Source: Mayamaea pseudoterrestris
Taxonomy: Eukaryota
Reading direction: 5' to 3'
Length of the DNA stretch: 64,000 bases
Assembly (NCBI GenBank): GCA_027923505.1
Contig: BROI01000022.1
Span: 186,001-250,000 of the forward strand
The translations under genes were made by a program, and so were the position numbers. Positions within the stretch are counted from its first letter, which is position 1; each line of letters starts with the position of its first letter. The notes under the pieces are model-generated. The model was not told where the DNA came from. It saw only the letters and a program-made list of their open reading frames with translations, and made no database searches. Positions 34,550-44,691 of the stretch are shown piece by piece.

Positions 34550-36658
34550 ATGAGGCTTGTGCATTCTCAAGCTTTGACGAAGCGCACCTCTCACTATGCA
34601 TTGACTGTTAGTCTTATCATAGTGACATTGCTGTCATCAAATAGACTCGCAGTCGCTGCTATATCGAGCAATGAGACTGACCAACAGGCGCAGCATCGAA
34701 CACCACAGCAACAGCAACAACATTCATGCGGACTGTACTTGGCTCCAAGCACCATTCCAGGGGCTGGCTTGGGCATGTTCAATGGTCGCTCCTCAAAGTC
34801 GCTCTGGGAACCCATCGGGCCGGCTGATTTGGTGATTCCAGTCACGGACTACTCCGAACACAATTCAGTACAGTCCCACAATGACGACGAGGATGAGCAA
34901 GCATACATTATGAATTACTATGGATGGAACATTCCGAGCTTTGCACATCTGCAGCATGATGCCAATGTCGACGATACCGTTGCCTTTTGTCCGGGACCAG
35001 GCGCAGCCTTGAATTGTTTAATGGGACTTGTCAATACCGTCGCGCTTGACGAAGAAGTCTCATTCAAAACGTACACCAACCAGCATTCTTCCACGCCACC
35101 ACACGCCGGAAGCTTTACCCCATTCAGCAATCGACAGCTAGTATCCAAAGTGAATAATATTGAACCAGGTGCGGAACTCTTTGACGACTACGGCGAAGCA
35201 TACTTTCGAGTCAAGGAGCGACCAGCCTACCATTCCATTCCAGTGACGAGCGACTATTCCGACGCCGATTCTTTGCTGGAGGAATATGAATCACTTCGAA
35301 AGCAAGTTTGTGGAGATGGCCTGTGTCATGAACCAATGCGAGCTGCGGATCCGATTACAACAGTGTCTTCGCCCACGTCATCACTCCATAGTTCGCTCTA
35401 TCAGCTCATGAACTCGCTCAAATCAACATGGCCGAGCCCGGTATTGAACGCCTTGCCGGAAAATCCAGAAACGGTTGATCAACTTACGGCACAAGGTACT
35501 GCCATGCGTGACTATCATCGAAGCATTCGATCCATTGCTTGGCTCGAGGAGCACGGAGACTGCATGGACAAGATTCGCATCGACGAGAGTGGCATTCCAA
35601 ACGCAGGTAACGGAGCCTTTGCTACCACGTTCATTGCAAAAGGAGACATTGTCGGACCAGCGCCAGCGCTTCATATACCTCGTGACTTTATGCAAATGTA
35701 TCCCGTCGACTTTGACGAGAACGAACAGGAATATAATGTGAATGCAAAGACAAACGACGGACCCACTCATCAACAACTGCTACTGAACTATTGCTTTGGA
35801 CATGATCGATCCAGCCTGCTGCTATGTCCATACGGGGCAGCAACACAAGCAATCAATCACGATGCGATAGCGCCAAATGCCGAGGTGGTTTGGAACTATA
35901 AGCTCATGCAACGGCCAGAGTGGTTGGAATTGCCGTTGCCGGAATGGACGCACCACATGAGCGCAGGTTTGGTATTGAGCTATGTGGCCACTCGAGATAT
36001 ACAAGCTGACGAGGAAGTAACAATTGACTATGGACGCGATTGGCAGAAAGCTTGGGACGAGCATGTAGGAAGCTTTGAACCACCAGTGGATCGAGCCGAC
36101 TATTTGGATGCGCTGGCTTTGAACGAGCAAGAGTTGGAACTGCAGGTATCACCTTTTTGGTACAGCGACAAGTACGTGCAACTCAAATGCCGTGGCATGT
36201 ATTTGCGATGGAATACTGGAACGGTGATAGACCATGGAGACATTGACGACGATGAGGAGGAAGAAACGCCATTTTCGTACACGACCGAAACAGACAAGAA
36301 AACATTTTCATGCCGGCCACTGCATCGCTACGCATCCAAAAATACCAGTGACACGCTGTACGTGGTTCAAGTTTATGCAAGATACGGCGAAGACGGACAA
36401 TGCTTTGAAAGTGACTGGGAGGTCGTCTTTGGAATGCCACGTGATGCGCTTGTCTTTGAGGATCGAATGTACAGCAGAGAGTAAGTAGTTCCGTCGCCAA
36501 AAAAGAGTTTGTCGGCAAACGTTTCTAAACTCACTCGGTTGGTCACTCGCTTGTTTTACAGTCATGCACAACCATGGAGCTTTCGACATTCGATTGGGAT
36601 TCCTGATGAGATTATGCCTGAGGCTTGGCTTGACCTTGACGCGAGTGTGAAGATATAA
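34550..36658 (+). CDS. Secretory double SET-domain protein; 2 exons
   Basis: Signal-like ALTVSLIIVTLLS; CGLYLAPSTIPGAGLGMF; GAELFDDYG; SGIPNAGNGAFAT; LLLNYCFGH; AINHD; VATRDIQADEEVTIDYG. Intron 36481-36561 adds DHAQPWSFRHSIGIPDEIMPEAW. Confidence 0.82.
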
Positions 36659-36781
36659 ATCTTACACCCTAGCTAATCTAATAAAGCGCTACATGATTTT
36701 ACAAGTATGTGCTACAACTATTAGTACAATATCCAGAATTGTCATATTCAATGATTACACAATTCCACTGTATTTTTTCAA

Positions 36782-38599
36782 CTACGCCGGAGTCAGTCGG
36801 TACTGCATGACGGCAAATCCATACCGAGGCGATCCTCGCTTGAAGGCCACCTTCGACACCCCATGTCCTAAGGTAATCTCAACTGGTTCGGTCTCCTCCC
36901 ACTCGCCCATAGTGTACGGAATGGCAATCTCTCGCTTGTCCTTGCCATTGACAGTGACCGCCATGGGCAGTTCGTCACGATGAACCGTACATACCATGGC
37001 CGTCATATTGTATCGTCCTTCTTGATACTTGTCGAGCGTATACTCAACCTCAGCTTCTGCTTGAAGAAAAATTTGACAGCCACCCATGAACGACTTGTGA
37101 ATGTGAACTTGGTTGTTCGGCTTGGGGGGTTTCGTGAACGCCGTTCCTGGTATGACAATTGCTCTTCCATCCCTTGTAATTAATTCCTTTTCTTCCTTTT
37201 GTGCGATGATCTTGTCGAGTAGAGTGATGACTGAACTCTTTGGATGCAATGGCGGGCATTTATCCGTACATTGTTTGCCTAGACGCTTGCGCTGGAACAA
37301 GGCCAAGGAACACCAGAGTGCCTTCGAGCTTGGGTCGGCAATTTTCGACACCAACGTACGATCCTCGCCACTCGCCGTCGCAATCCACTCCAGTCGCAAC
37401 ACCTTGCGCATGTACTCGTCATCCGTCTTGCAGGCATATCTTGCTTGCGTCATCCACAAGAAATCATTGCCAGTCACTGGACCCCAGTAACTCTTGTGAA
37501 TACAAGCACCCAAGCACGTCATCCACCCATTCACGGTATGCCGGACAAGCGCCGCATGGCCAGGCTGCTGACAGCCCCAGGTCGGAATACCAAATGCCTT
37601 GCATGCAAACCGCCCATACCAGGCGCGAGGACCGCACTTTCCGCCGCTACTCAATATTTGATCATACGTTCGGACTTCCTTACCATCCTTGTCGCGCCGC
37701 CACCAGACAGGATTAGTGTATCCAACATCCTGTTTGACAATCATGCAGTAGCGCCACTGTAGGTTCTGCATGTATATTAAGTCTGGTCTATAGTTCCGCA
37801 AACATTCACGACCCCACGTGAGTTCATCGTCTTGGGCGTCACTGTCAATTGCCATGCGAAGCTCCCATACGGCAAACGTAGAAAACAAAGGATCAAGTTC
37901 GCCGGCTAAGTAAGCTTGCTTGTAGTGTTTGTAGCGCTTGACTGGATCAATCTCGTAGCCCTGTCCAACTTTTAAATCGATTGGTGTGCACAACTCCAGT
38001 GCTACGGCCAACGCAAGTCGCTGCAAGACTGGATCCTTTCCCCCTGGAATTGACTTGTAGATCTGCAAGGCCTTGGCGTAGCAATTCTTTCTTGGACCGC
38101 CGGAACTTGCAAACTGCATGAGAAGGTCAGTGTCGCAAAAGAATTGAATCAAATCCTCGTGTCCGTACGCTTGCACTTGCTGCTGAAAGGCCATGCCTTT
38201 TGGGGCGCCCGCCTCCATCATGCTTGCCGCAGTCACGAGTGAAATGGACGAGGAGCTGTCGAGTGGCTGATTCAACAAGGAGTCTTCCAATTGTTTCAAA
38301 ATTTGGTCGGCAATCTTCGCCGCCTTTTCGCGAGCTTGTTCAACCGATTGGGTCGATGCATCCAGCTTGGCTTGCGCAGCTTGTAGTATCGCTTCACTCG
38401 CATGCTCCTTGGTCTTTTGATCAAGCTCCTTTTGCGCTTGATTCTGCTGTTTAGAAGCAGCTTCAAAGCCGACAATGGCTGCATGAAAATCTGCTTGATG
38501 CGGCATGGATGGAACGTTTGCCTGCTTGAAGACGTCGTTGCGCCACTCTACCAAATAATTGGCGTCGTAAACTCCCTTCATTGCAACAAGAGGCTTCAT
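36782..38599 (-). CDS. Hypothetical protein with a transglutaminase-like Cys/His core and a C-terminal carbohydrate-binding-like beta domain
   Basis: Intronless ORF of about 605 aa; GGKCGPRAWYGRFACKAFGIPTWGCQQPGHAA; C-terminal YTMGEWEETEPVEITLGHGVSKVAF. Confidence 0.6.
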   Translation of the reverse strand: MKPLVAMKGVYDANYLVEWRNDVFKQANVPSMPHQADFHAAIVGFEAASKQQNQAQKELDQKTKEHASEAILQAAQAKLDASTQSVEQAREKAAKIADQILKQLEDSLLNQPLDSSSSISLVTAASMMEAGAPKGMAFQQQVQAYGHEDLIQFFCDTDLLMQFASSGGPRKNCYAKALQIYKSIPGGKDPVLQRLALAVALELCTPIDLKVGQGYEIDPVKRYKHYKQAYLAGELDPLFSTFAVWELRMAIDSDAQDDELTWGRECLRNYRPDLIYMQNLQWRYCMIVKQDVGYTNPVWWRRDKDGKEVRTYDQILSSGGKCGPRAWYGRFACKAFGIPTWGCQQPGHAALVRHTVNGWMTCLGACIHKSYWGPVTGNDFLWMTQARYACKTDDEYMRKVLRLEWIATASGEDRTLVSKIADPSSKALWCSLALFQRKRLGKQCTDKCPPLHPKSSVITLLDKIIAQKEEKELITRDGRAIVIPGTAFTKPPKPNNQVHIHKSFMGGCQIFLQAEAEVEYTLDKYQEGRYNMTAMVCTVHRDELPMAVTVNGKDKREIAIPYTMGEWEETEPVEITLGHGVSKVAFKRGSPRYGFAVMQYRLTPA

Positions 38600-39057
38600 A
38601 CTGGTTGCCTTCCAATGCAAGAGGAGCGAAACGATAAATTTAGACGCACGAATGATGGTGATGAATGGCCGCTCTCCTGCAAAAGGGAAACGGATCGATG
38701 GAACATCAATGAGGTGCGTCGCAACGCGAATGTCACGCTTTCCGGGTCCTACCCTGGCAACGACCCAGCAACGTCAAATGGAATGCTTAACAAGGCGGGA
38801 TTTCGATAGTGAATCGAGCAAAGGATTGATATAGACTACATCGGTAGGCATGGTTTTGAATAACCATACCGAAGAGGGTCAAAAGATACAGTATTGAGGG
38901 AAGGAAAAGTCTCGTTGCTCACTTAATCGTACATTCCAAACATTGGTGTAGGATTGGTTCTATGATTATCATATCATTCTATTTTCCTTTTATTTCGGGT
39001 AGACTGAGTTTCAGTAACCCGGTGTATGCTTTGGCAAAGTTTAAAACAAGTAATGGT

Positions 39058-39924
39058 TTACTCGTCTTCCTCCTCGTTTGACGACGCAGCCGGACCGGCC
39101 TCGGACTCTTCATCATCTTGATCAGAGTCGGACTGGGCAGCATCGTCTTGCTCTTGCATGTCGTCAGCTTGAAAATCGTCGTCGATTGTAGGTTCTTCGC
39201 CTGAAGTGGTAGGCTCGGACGCAGACTCATCGTCGACTGGAACTGGAGCAGCGTCGTCCTCGCCATTTTGTGACTTGAAGTCTTGGATTTCGTCCGTTAT
39301 TTCTTCCACTGTAGCTGTATTCTCCAACTCCGGCTCGTTTGCGACGACTGGTTCCGGTTCCGCTGCCGTAGTTTCCGTCTCGACTGCTCCGTCCTCGTTG
39401 GTTGAAGCATCGTCATCGTCCGCCGCAACATCAGCTCCTGCCGCAACATTGATCTCGTCCAACTCTGTATGGCCATTCTCGACAACAACAGGCTCCTCTG
39501 GCTCTTCTATAGCAACTTCTGCCACTGGTTCAGTTTCAGGTTCGGGCTCTTTCTTGTTATCCACGACTACTTGAGCTTGTTCGTCGCGAGGTGAGTCGAC
39601 CGTCGGAGCTGATTCTTCCGTTGGTTTCGTCTCATCGACGGATGCTCCTTCCTCCTTGCTTGGTGGATCATCGTCTTCCACAACAGCTGGAGCAGCTGGA
39701 GATGGGGCCGACGACACAGATTCCTTGATATCGAATTTTGGAGGAGGAGGAGGAGGAGGAGACGAGACTGCATCGGCTTGCTGCGCCGTCGGTTGATACG
39801 GAGAAACCTTGAATTTGCTTGGCGTCGGCGGTTTCTTGGCAGCGTCTTCTGCCTCCTGCTGCTCGCGACTTTGCTTTGACGCTTGCTCAAAGAGAGCAAT
39901 GCGATCCTTGATGCTTCCTACCAT
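39058..39924 (-). CDS. Acidic, disordered protein with N-terminal SIKDRIALFE motif
   Basis: MVGSIKDRIALFEQ start, polyproline stretch, E/D/P/A-rich body; frame kept in the second copy through in-frame indels. Confidence 0.75.
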   Translation of the reverse strand: MVGSIKDRIALFEQASKQSREQQEAEDAAKKPPTPSKFKVSPYQPTAQQADAVSSPPPPPPPKFDIKESVSSAPSPAAPAVVEDDDPPSKEEGASVDETKPTEESAPTVDSPRDEQAQVVVDNKKEPEPETEPVAEVAIEEPEEPVVVENGHTELDEINVAAGADVAADDDDASTNEDGAVETETTAAEPEPVVANEPELENTATVEEITDEIQDFKSQNGEDDAAPVPVDDESASEPTTSGEEPTIDDDFQADDMQEQDDAAQSDSDQDDEESEAGPAASSNEEEDE

Positions 39925-40705
39925 GGTACGATTGTGATGCCTATTATTTGATGATGGCCGATGACGATGATGATCTTGTGGTCGACGAAAAAGGAGAGGT
40001 CCCAGAACGTCTTGGGATCTTGATTGCACCATGACCGGAAATGACCATGTCGCGCTACGACATAACACAATCCTTGTCCAGCTACGTACCTTTAGGCTGG
40101 ATCCAGCCAACCAAGAGTATACATTTACATGTAAATAGAATGATGGAGACATTTTTGTCCTCTTTGGTCGGTTTAAATCCACTGCTAGACTTTGCGGGAA
40201 TTTTAATCGTGCTTTGAAGATCTGCAAGCCTCCATGGTAAAGTAAGTTGAAAGAATTCATACACAATATGACTTACAATAAGAAGTAGATTCATGAGCCA
40301 ACTAGCTCTTTAAAGTCTGGCTATAAACATTGCATTTGAAAACATGTTCCAACTGAATACAGTGAAGATGGTGCACCGTTGGACAAAGCAATTCCGCACT
40401 ACCGGTAGACCTTATGCGGTCGCTGCACAGGCCTCGGCATCGGATTCACAAATGCCCAGCAGACCGCTATCAAGCGCTAAACTGCCTTACAAAAATTGTA
40501 TTAAAAATGACTTGGGAAACGACACTGTCAGTTCCAGAGTCGTGCGTCCTCGTTGAAGTACAAGCATCTGCTGTCATCCTCGTTTGCCTTGGTACTGACC
40601 GAGCACTGGTTATAAAAACAGCTCCCGTTCCCTCGCCGCGTTGAGTTCACCACGGCTTTTGCCAACGCCTCGACGATGCCCCAGCAACATGCAACAACTT
40701 GATGT

Positions 40706-43700
40706 TTACTTGACAAAGGTACACTCAAGCGCAGCCTCATAAAGGGGGTTTCTCGTCCATAGGCCATCGACAATGATCCACGCTGGATTTCGCAGATTGA
40801 TCGACTTATTGCGAGGACTTGCGCATTCCTTCTCAAAACTCGATGATGCCGACTTTAGTAACATTTGCTTGCGGAGCTGCACTATGTTTGGAATTGTCAT
40901 GTGGCTCTTGTTTCGCTTGGTGTAGTATAGCGATCTATTCTCTTCGAACCAAGTTTCAAACGTGTATCCGGTTTCCTTCAGCCCGGACAAAAATGTTTGT
41001 AAGACGGAACGGAATGCAAGCCGACACAGCAGACCGCGAAAGCGAGCATTCAAGAATGTAGCTGCACCTTGCTGAATCTCGGCAAGTCTTCGCTCCAATG
41101 ATTCAAAAGCGCGATGCTTGAGCAACACCTTTGACTTGCCAAAGGTTATGAATGTACCTGTTTGCTCTTCGTTCGCCTGTACTCCACGGCTTTCCTTCTC
41201 ATCAGCGTGCTCCTTTGGTCTGTTAGCATCGTCGAGCACCACCAGCTTGAGAAGCTTTTCGACTATTTCCTTGCACAAATCACGCATAGCATTCGCCGAC
41301 ACTCGGCTCGACGGAGCGCGTTGATTGACGATCACTCCATACCGCTTGATAAAGTCGGCGTGTGAGTAGTGCAATGTGAATCCGGAGCGGGTCACGCTGA
41401 CGGCCTGAATAATTCCGCCGCAACGAAGCTGGTGCGCCGCCATTGGAACGTCAAATCGGTCCGGGACAAGCTGCTCGTTTGGCTTGATGCAGCGTACGTA
41501 ATGGGGTGAAGTTGAGTCGATCTTTGATCGGAGGTCCTTCACCTGCTGCCGAAAGAAACCGCCCACCGTTACTCGAGCTGGTGCTTTCATTTGAGCTGCT
41601 GGTGATGTTTCTTCACCTTGACGCGGTAATATAATTTCGGCAAGCTGATGAACAAAAGGATCTCTGCTGCCTAGTAGTAATTCTGATGTTTCAGGTGGCA
41701 AGTCGTCCCTATTCTTCTCCACAAAGTCTGTAACATCATACTCCACCAAGCCAGCAAAATGGATGATGCCGAATTGTGTGTCATGTTTGCTGCTACGAAA
41801 TCGCTCATTGCTGCCGTCGTGCGCTTTGTGTACTTTCTGTCCGAACGCTACATCGGAGGCATTCGGGGCTCGGCACATGTCATCCAGTATTACCATGATG
41901 CCTTCTGGCTTACGCTCTATCAAGTCAAGTACATCTTGGTTCTCTGGAAACTTGATAAAGTCCCAGTCTATACCTTCATTCACGTATTCAGTCTGTTCAT
42001 TCTTGAGCATGAACGTGTTGAATTGCTGTTGAAGAGCTTCGTTGCAAAAATTGATGCATAATTGCTCAAAGCTGTTCACTTTGAACGACTCGAATCCGAA
42101 TATGTCCAAGACACCAATGCTTGCGACTGGTATGCATGACTCCTCGGTTCGTTCGGTGACTCTGAACGAAATGGTTTGGTTGACACGGCTCACTAAAAAC
42201 TCGAAGAGCGCACCGTACACTGACTTTAAAAGTGCATCTAGTCCCTTCCGTGCTCGCTCCACGGTTTGTGTCTTGCGTATCGTCTTTCCGAGCGCATTAA
42301 TGGACACGTAGCAGAGTGCCTCGTTAAAAGCTTGCGGCGTGATACCCAATAATGAGCACGCTGGTCCAATGTGCGCGCTTTCCAAATCCAGAGCAGACTC
42401 TTCACCGTTTCCGGTGTCTTCAAACTCAAGGTTGGCCGCGTGCAGAATGGCTGCCGTCATGCGCAGCACCTTGTCACGTTCCTCGTCGGTAAATCCCATT
42501 ATAGTCATGGCCTCAAGCAAACCGCGAAACGTATCCTTATCCGAAACACCATCGCGTGATCGAGTGATGGCTCCGTTGCAGAGCAATTTGAAATCGGATG
42601 GACGGGCGCTCGCTGACAACATCAGCTTATCTTCCAAGTAATTGATCGTCGGCAGCTCTCCCGAAAGGACTTCGTAGAATATGTGGTAGTTGCGTTCGCC
42701 TTGCGACTGTGCGACCAGCCGCACCTTTTCCAATAAATATGTTTCAATTTTTGTCCCCACTAAGCGGCCCGTTTTGGTAAACTGCATGTCTATAAACTTG
42801 CCGAATCGGCTGGAATTGTCGTTACGAATAGTGCGGGCATTACCAAATGATTCCAGTATTGGATTGCTTTGCAACACTTGGGCCTCGATCGAGGATCCCT
42901 TGATGGTGCTCGTGTCCGTAGTTTGCTTTTTGACTGTGGCAGTCGTCGTTGGTAACCGTGCAGCACTTAAGGTAGCAGTACTAGCTTGTTCTGTTGTTGC
43001 GTCCTGCTGCTTTTTTACCTTTTGGTATGCACGTGGAGTGGACTGTCTGGAACCAGCCATGGCGGATCGCTGGCTGAGCGCTGCCAAGTATTTCATCAAA
43101 TGCTTGGTCGTGACTGTCTTGCCAGCGCCCGACTCGCCCGAGACTAGTATGGATTGATCGAATCGTTTACCATAATGTTTCATTGTTGCTGTTCCATTTG
43201 CGATTTTTGTTGTCCCAATATTCATGTAAATGTTTCGCATCATGCTTCGAAAGGCGCCGTCGGCAATCGCATATGTATGTGGCGGCAGCGACTCGACCAA
43301 GGCTTGCTCCGCTTTGGTCCAGTATAATGCCATGACATCGTCGCCATACAGCTCTGGCAACTGTTGAAATGGATTGCATGCAATGAGTACTGGACCAGTG
43401 GCAGTGTAAATGAGTCCCTTGTGGTATCTATGTTGAAGGCATTCCACGACGGTTGGTTCATGAAAGTGCTGCAAAACAACCAAGTCATCTGGATAATGAG
43501 ACGACTGGTTTCCAATGAGAATGTCGGTTCCAATCTTATCGGATGGTAGTGTAAGTGTCATGTCGTTATTATTGTCGTTGCCAGTGCTGTAGCTGCTGGA
43601 TGCGCTTGCATCAAGCGAGACTCGAACGGAAAGTTGATTGTCATCTCGCCTTGTCATCCCACCTTGCGTCCATTCGTACTCTTGAGTTTTGTTGTAGGAT

Positions 43701-44065
43701 TGGCTTGATATTCTTTGACTTTTTGCTTGTTCTACATCATTATTGCTGCTCCTTCTGAGTCTGATAATGTCGTCGTCACTCTTGTTGCGTTTAGGAGGCG
43801 TTCGACAGGATCCGACGCTTGGAAGGTCCTCGCTGCTGTGATTCCGATGCAGTCCATTCGTTTCCGCTTGTTCTTCTTCCTCGACTGCTCCTCCTTCATC
43901 GTTTCCTTGCGGCTGCTCTGTCGCTCGTGCTCGTCGAAGGCCGCCTCTGGAAAAGGCTTTCTTCGGTCGATTCTCATTGACAAGTTCCGTCCGGATCCAG
44001 ACTCGTATTTCTTTCTTGTTGTTGCCGTCGTCGCTGCTGCTCCCGGGAGATTCATTTGATGACAT
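40706..44065 (-). CDS. Myosin heavy chain: motor domain with a very short tail
   Basis: GESGAGKT P-loop, LESFGNARTIRNDNSSRFGKF, YLLEKVR, GVLDIFGFE, NSFEQLCINFCNE, PHYVRCIKPN, QLRCGG. Confidence 0.95.
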   Translation of the reverse strand: MSSNESPGSSSDDGNNKKEIRVWIRTELVNENRPKKAFSRGGLRRARATEQPQGNDEGGAVEEEEQAETNGLHRNHSSEDLPSVGSCRTPPKRNKSDDDIIRLRRSSNNDVEQAKSQRISSQSYNKTQEYEWTQGGMTRRDDNQLSVRVSLDASASSSYSTGNDNNNDMTLTLPSDKIGTDILIGNQSSHYPDDLVVLQHFHEPTVVECLQHRYHKGLIYTATGPVLIACNPFQQLPELYGDDVMALYWTKAEQALVESLPPHTYAIADGAFRSMMRNIYMNIGTTKIANGTATMKHYGKRFDQSILVSGESGAGKTVTTKHLMKYLAALSQRSAMAGSRQSTPRAYQKVKKQQDATTEQASTATLSAARLPTTTATVKKQTTDTSTIKGSSIEAQVLQSNPILESFGNARTIRNDNSSRFGKFIDMQFTKTGRLVGTKIETYLLEKVRLVAQSQGERNYHIFYEVLSGELPTINYLEDKLMLSASARPSDFKLLCNGAITRSRDGVSDKDTFRGLLEAMTIMGFTDEERDKVLRMTAAILHAANLEFEDTGNGEESALDLESAHIGPACSLLGITPQAFNEALCYVSINALGKTIRKTQTVERARKGLDALLKSVYGALFEFLVSRVNQTISFRVTERTEESCIPVASIGVLDIFGFESFKVNSFEQLCINFCNEALQQQFNTFMLKNEQTEYVNEGIDWDFIKFPENQDVLDLIERKPEGIMVILDDMCRAPNASDVAFGQKVHKAHDGSNERFRSSKHDTQFGIIHFAGLVEYDVTDFVEKNRDDLPPETSELLLGSRDPFVHQLAEIILPRQGEETSPAAQMKAPARVTVGGFFRQQVKDLRSKIDSTSPHYVRCIKPNEQLVPDRFDVPMAAHQLRCGGIIQAVSVTRSGFTLHYSHADFIKRYGVIVNQRAPSSRVSANAMRDLCKEIVEKLLKLVVLDDANRPKEHADEKESRGVQANEEQTGTFITFGKSKVLLKHRAFESLERRLAEIQQGAATFLNARFRGLLCRLAFRSVLQTFLSGLKETGYTFETWFEENRSLYYTKRNKSHMTIPNIVQLRKQMLLKSASSSFEKECASPRNKSINLRNPAWIIVDGLWTRNPLYEAALECTFVK

Positions 44066-44187
44066 GCTATCAAGCTATAGCTAGTTTAGAAGGATCTAAT
44101 TGATCCCGCTGGAAATGAAGAACAAAAGGTTGTTGGATCGGCTGTTTTCGTCGACTTCCGGTCATTCGAAACCGCTACGACTATTAT

Positions 44188-44312
44188 GAGTACACTTTGG
44201 TGCATAGTGCCAAAAACTTTGAAAATCAAAGTTTTTGGCAGTACACTATGGATCATAGTGCAAAGAACTTTGAAAATCAAAGTTTTTGGTAATACACATT
44301 AATCCATAGTAA
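44188..44312 (+). repeat. 51-bp palindromic minisatellite (family B variant), about 2.4 units
   Basis: tacactttggtgcatagtgccaaaaactttgaaaatcaaagtttttggcag; tacact recurs at 44191 and 44242; 15-bp arms tgccaaaaactttga/tcaaagtttttggca. Confidence 0.9.
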
Positions 44313-44691
44313 CCTCATGTCGCACTGTGAGCGACTGTCACGCTTCAGCTCGGCGCGCGCGTTTCCATTCGAATTCGAGCTCGACGCCTTTTTTCCATGA
44401 GGCTCATCGTCCCTCTTGTTGTTAATCCGGTCAAATTAGACAAGACCTTATTGCGTATAACAAGCATTGAAACAAGAACATTTTACATACATCAGTACTG
44501 GCTGTTGCTAGAGATTGCAGGTACACCTTCAATATCACTGACTGCTCATTATTGTCCCAAGTATCCGACACAATCTTTGACGCGCACCTCGCCAAAACAT
44601 AATCAAGAGACAAAAGCATAAGGAAATAAGAAGCGAATCTAGTGGGCGAGACGCAATCGATTCATATTCGAGTACGATTTCAGGCAATAAC

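Larger units (their letters stand above)
33847..44184 (+). repeat. About 10.3-kb segment, copy 1 of a direct duplication or haplotype pair
   Basis: Collinear with 51756-61644 with the same gene order. Confidence 0.95.

Noticed and set aside
18477..36658. RBBP5 plus nearby SET genes as a COMPASS cluster
   Set aside because: The SET proteins have signal-peptide-like N-termini and lack Set1/MLL post-SET features; proximity is probably coincidental.
39925..40266. N-terminal extension of the acidic protein in the ORF track
   Set aside because: It uses a non-ATG start and runs into sequence that differs between the two copies; MVGSIKDR is the conserved start.
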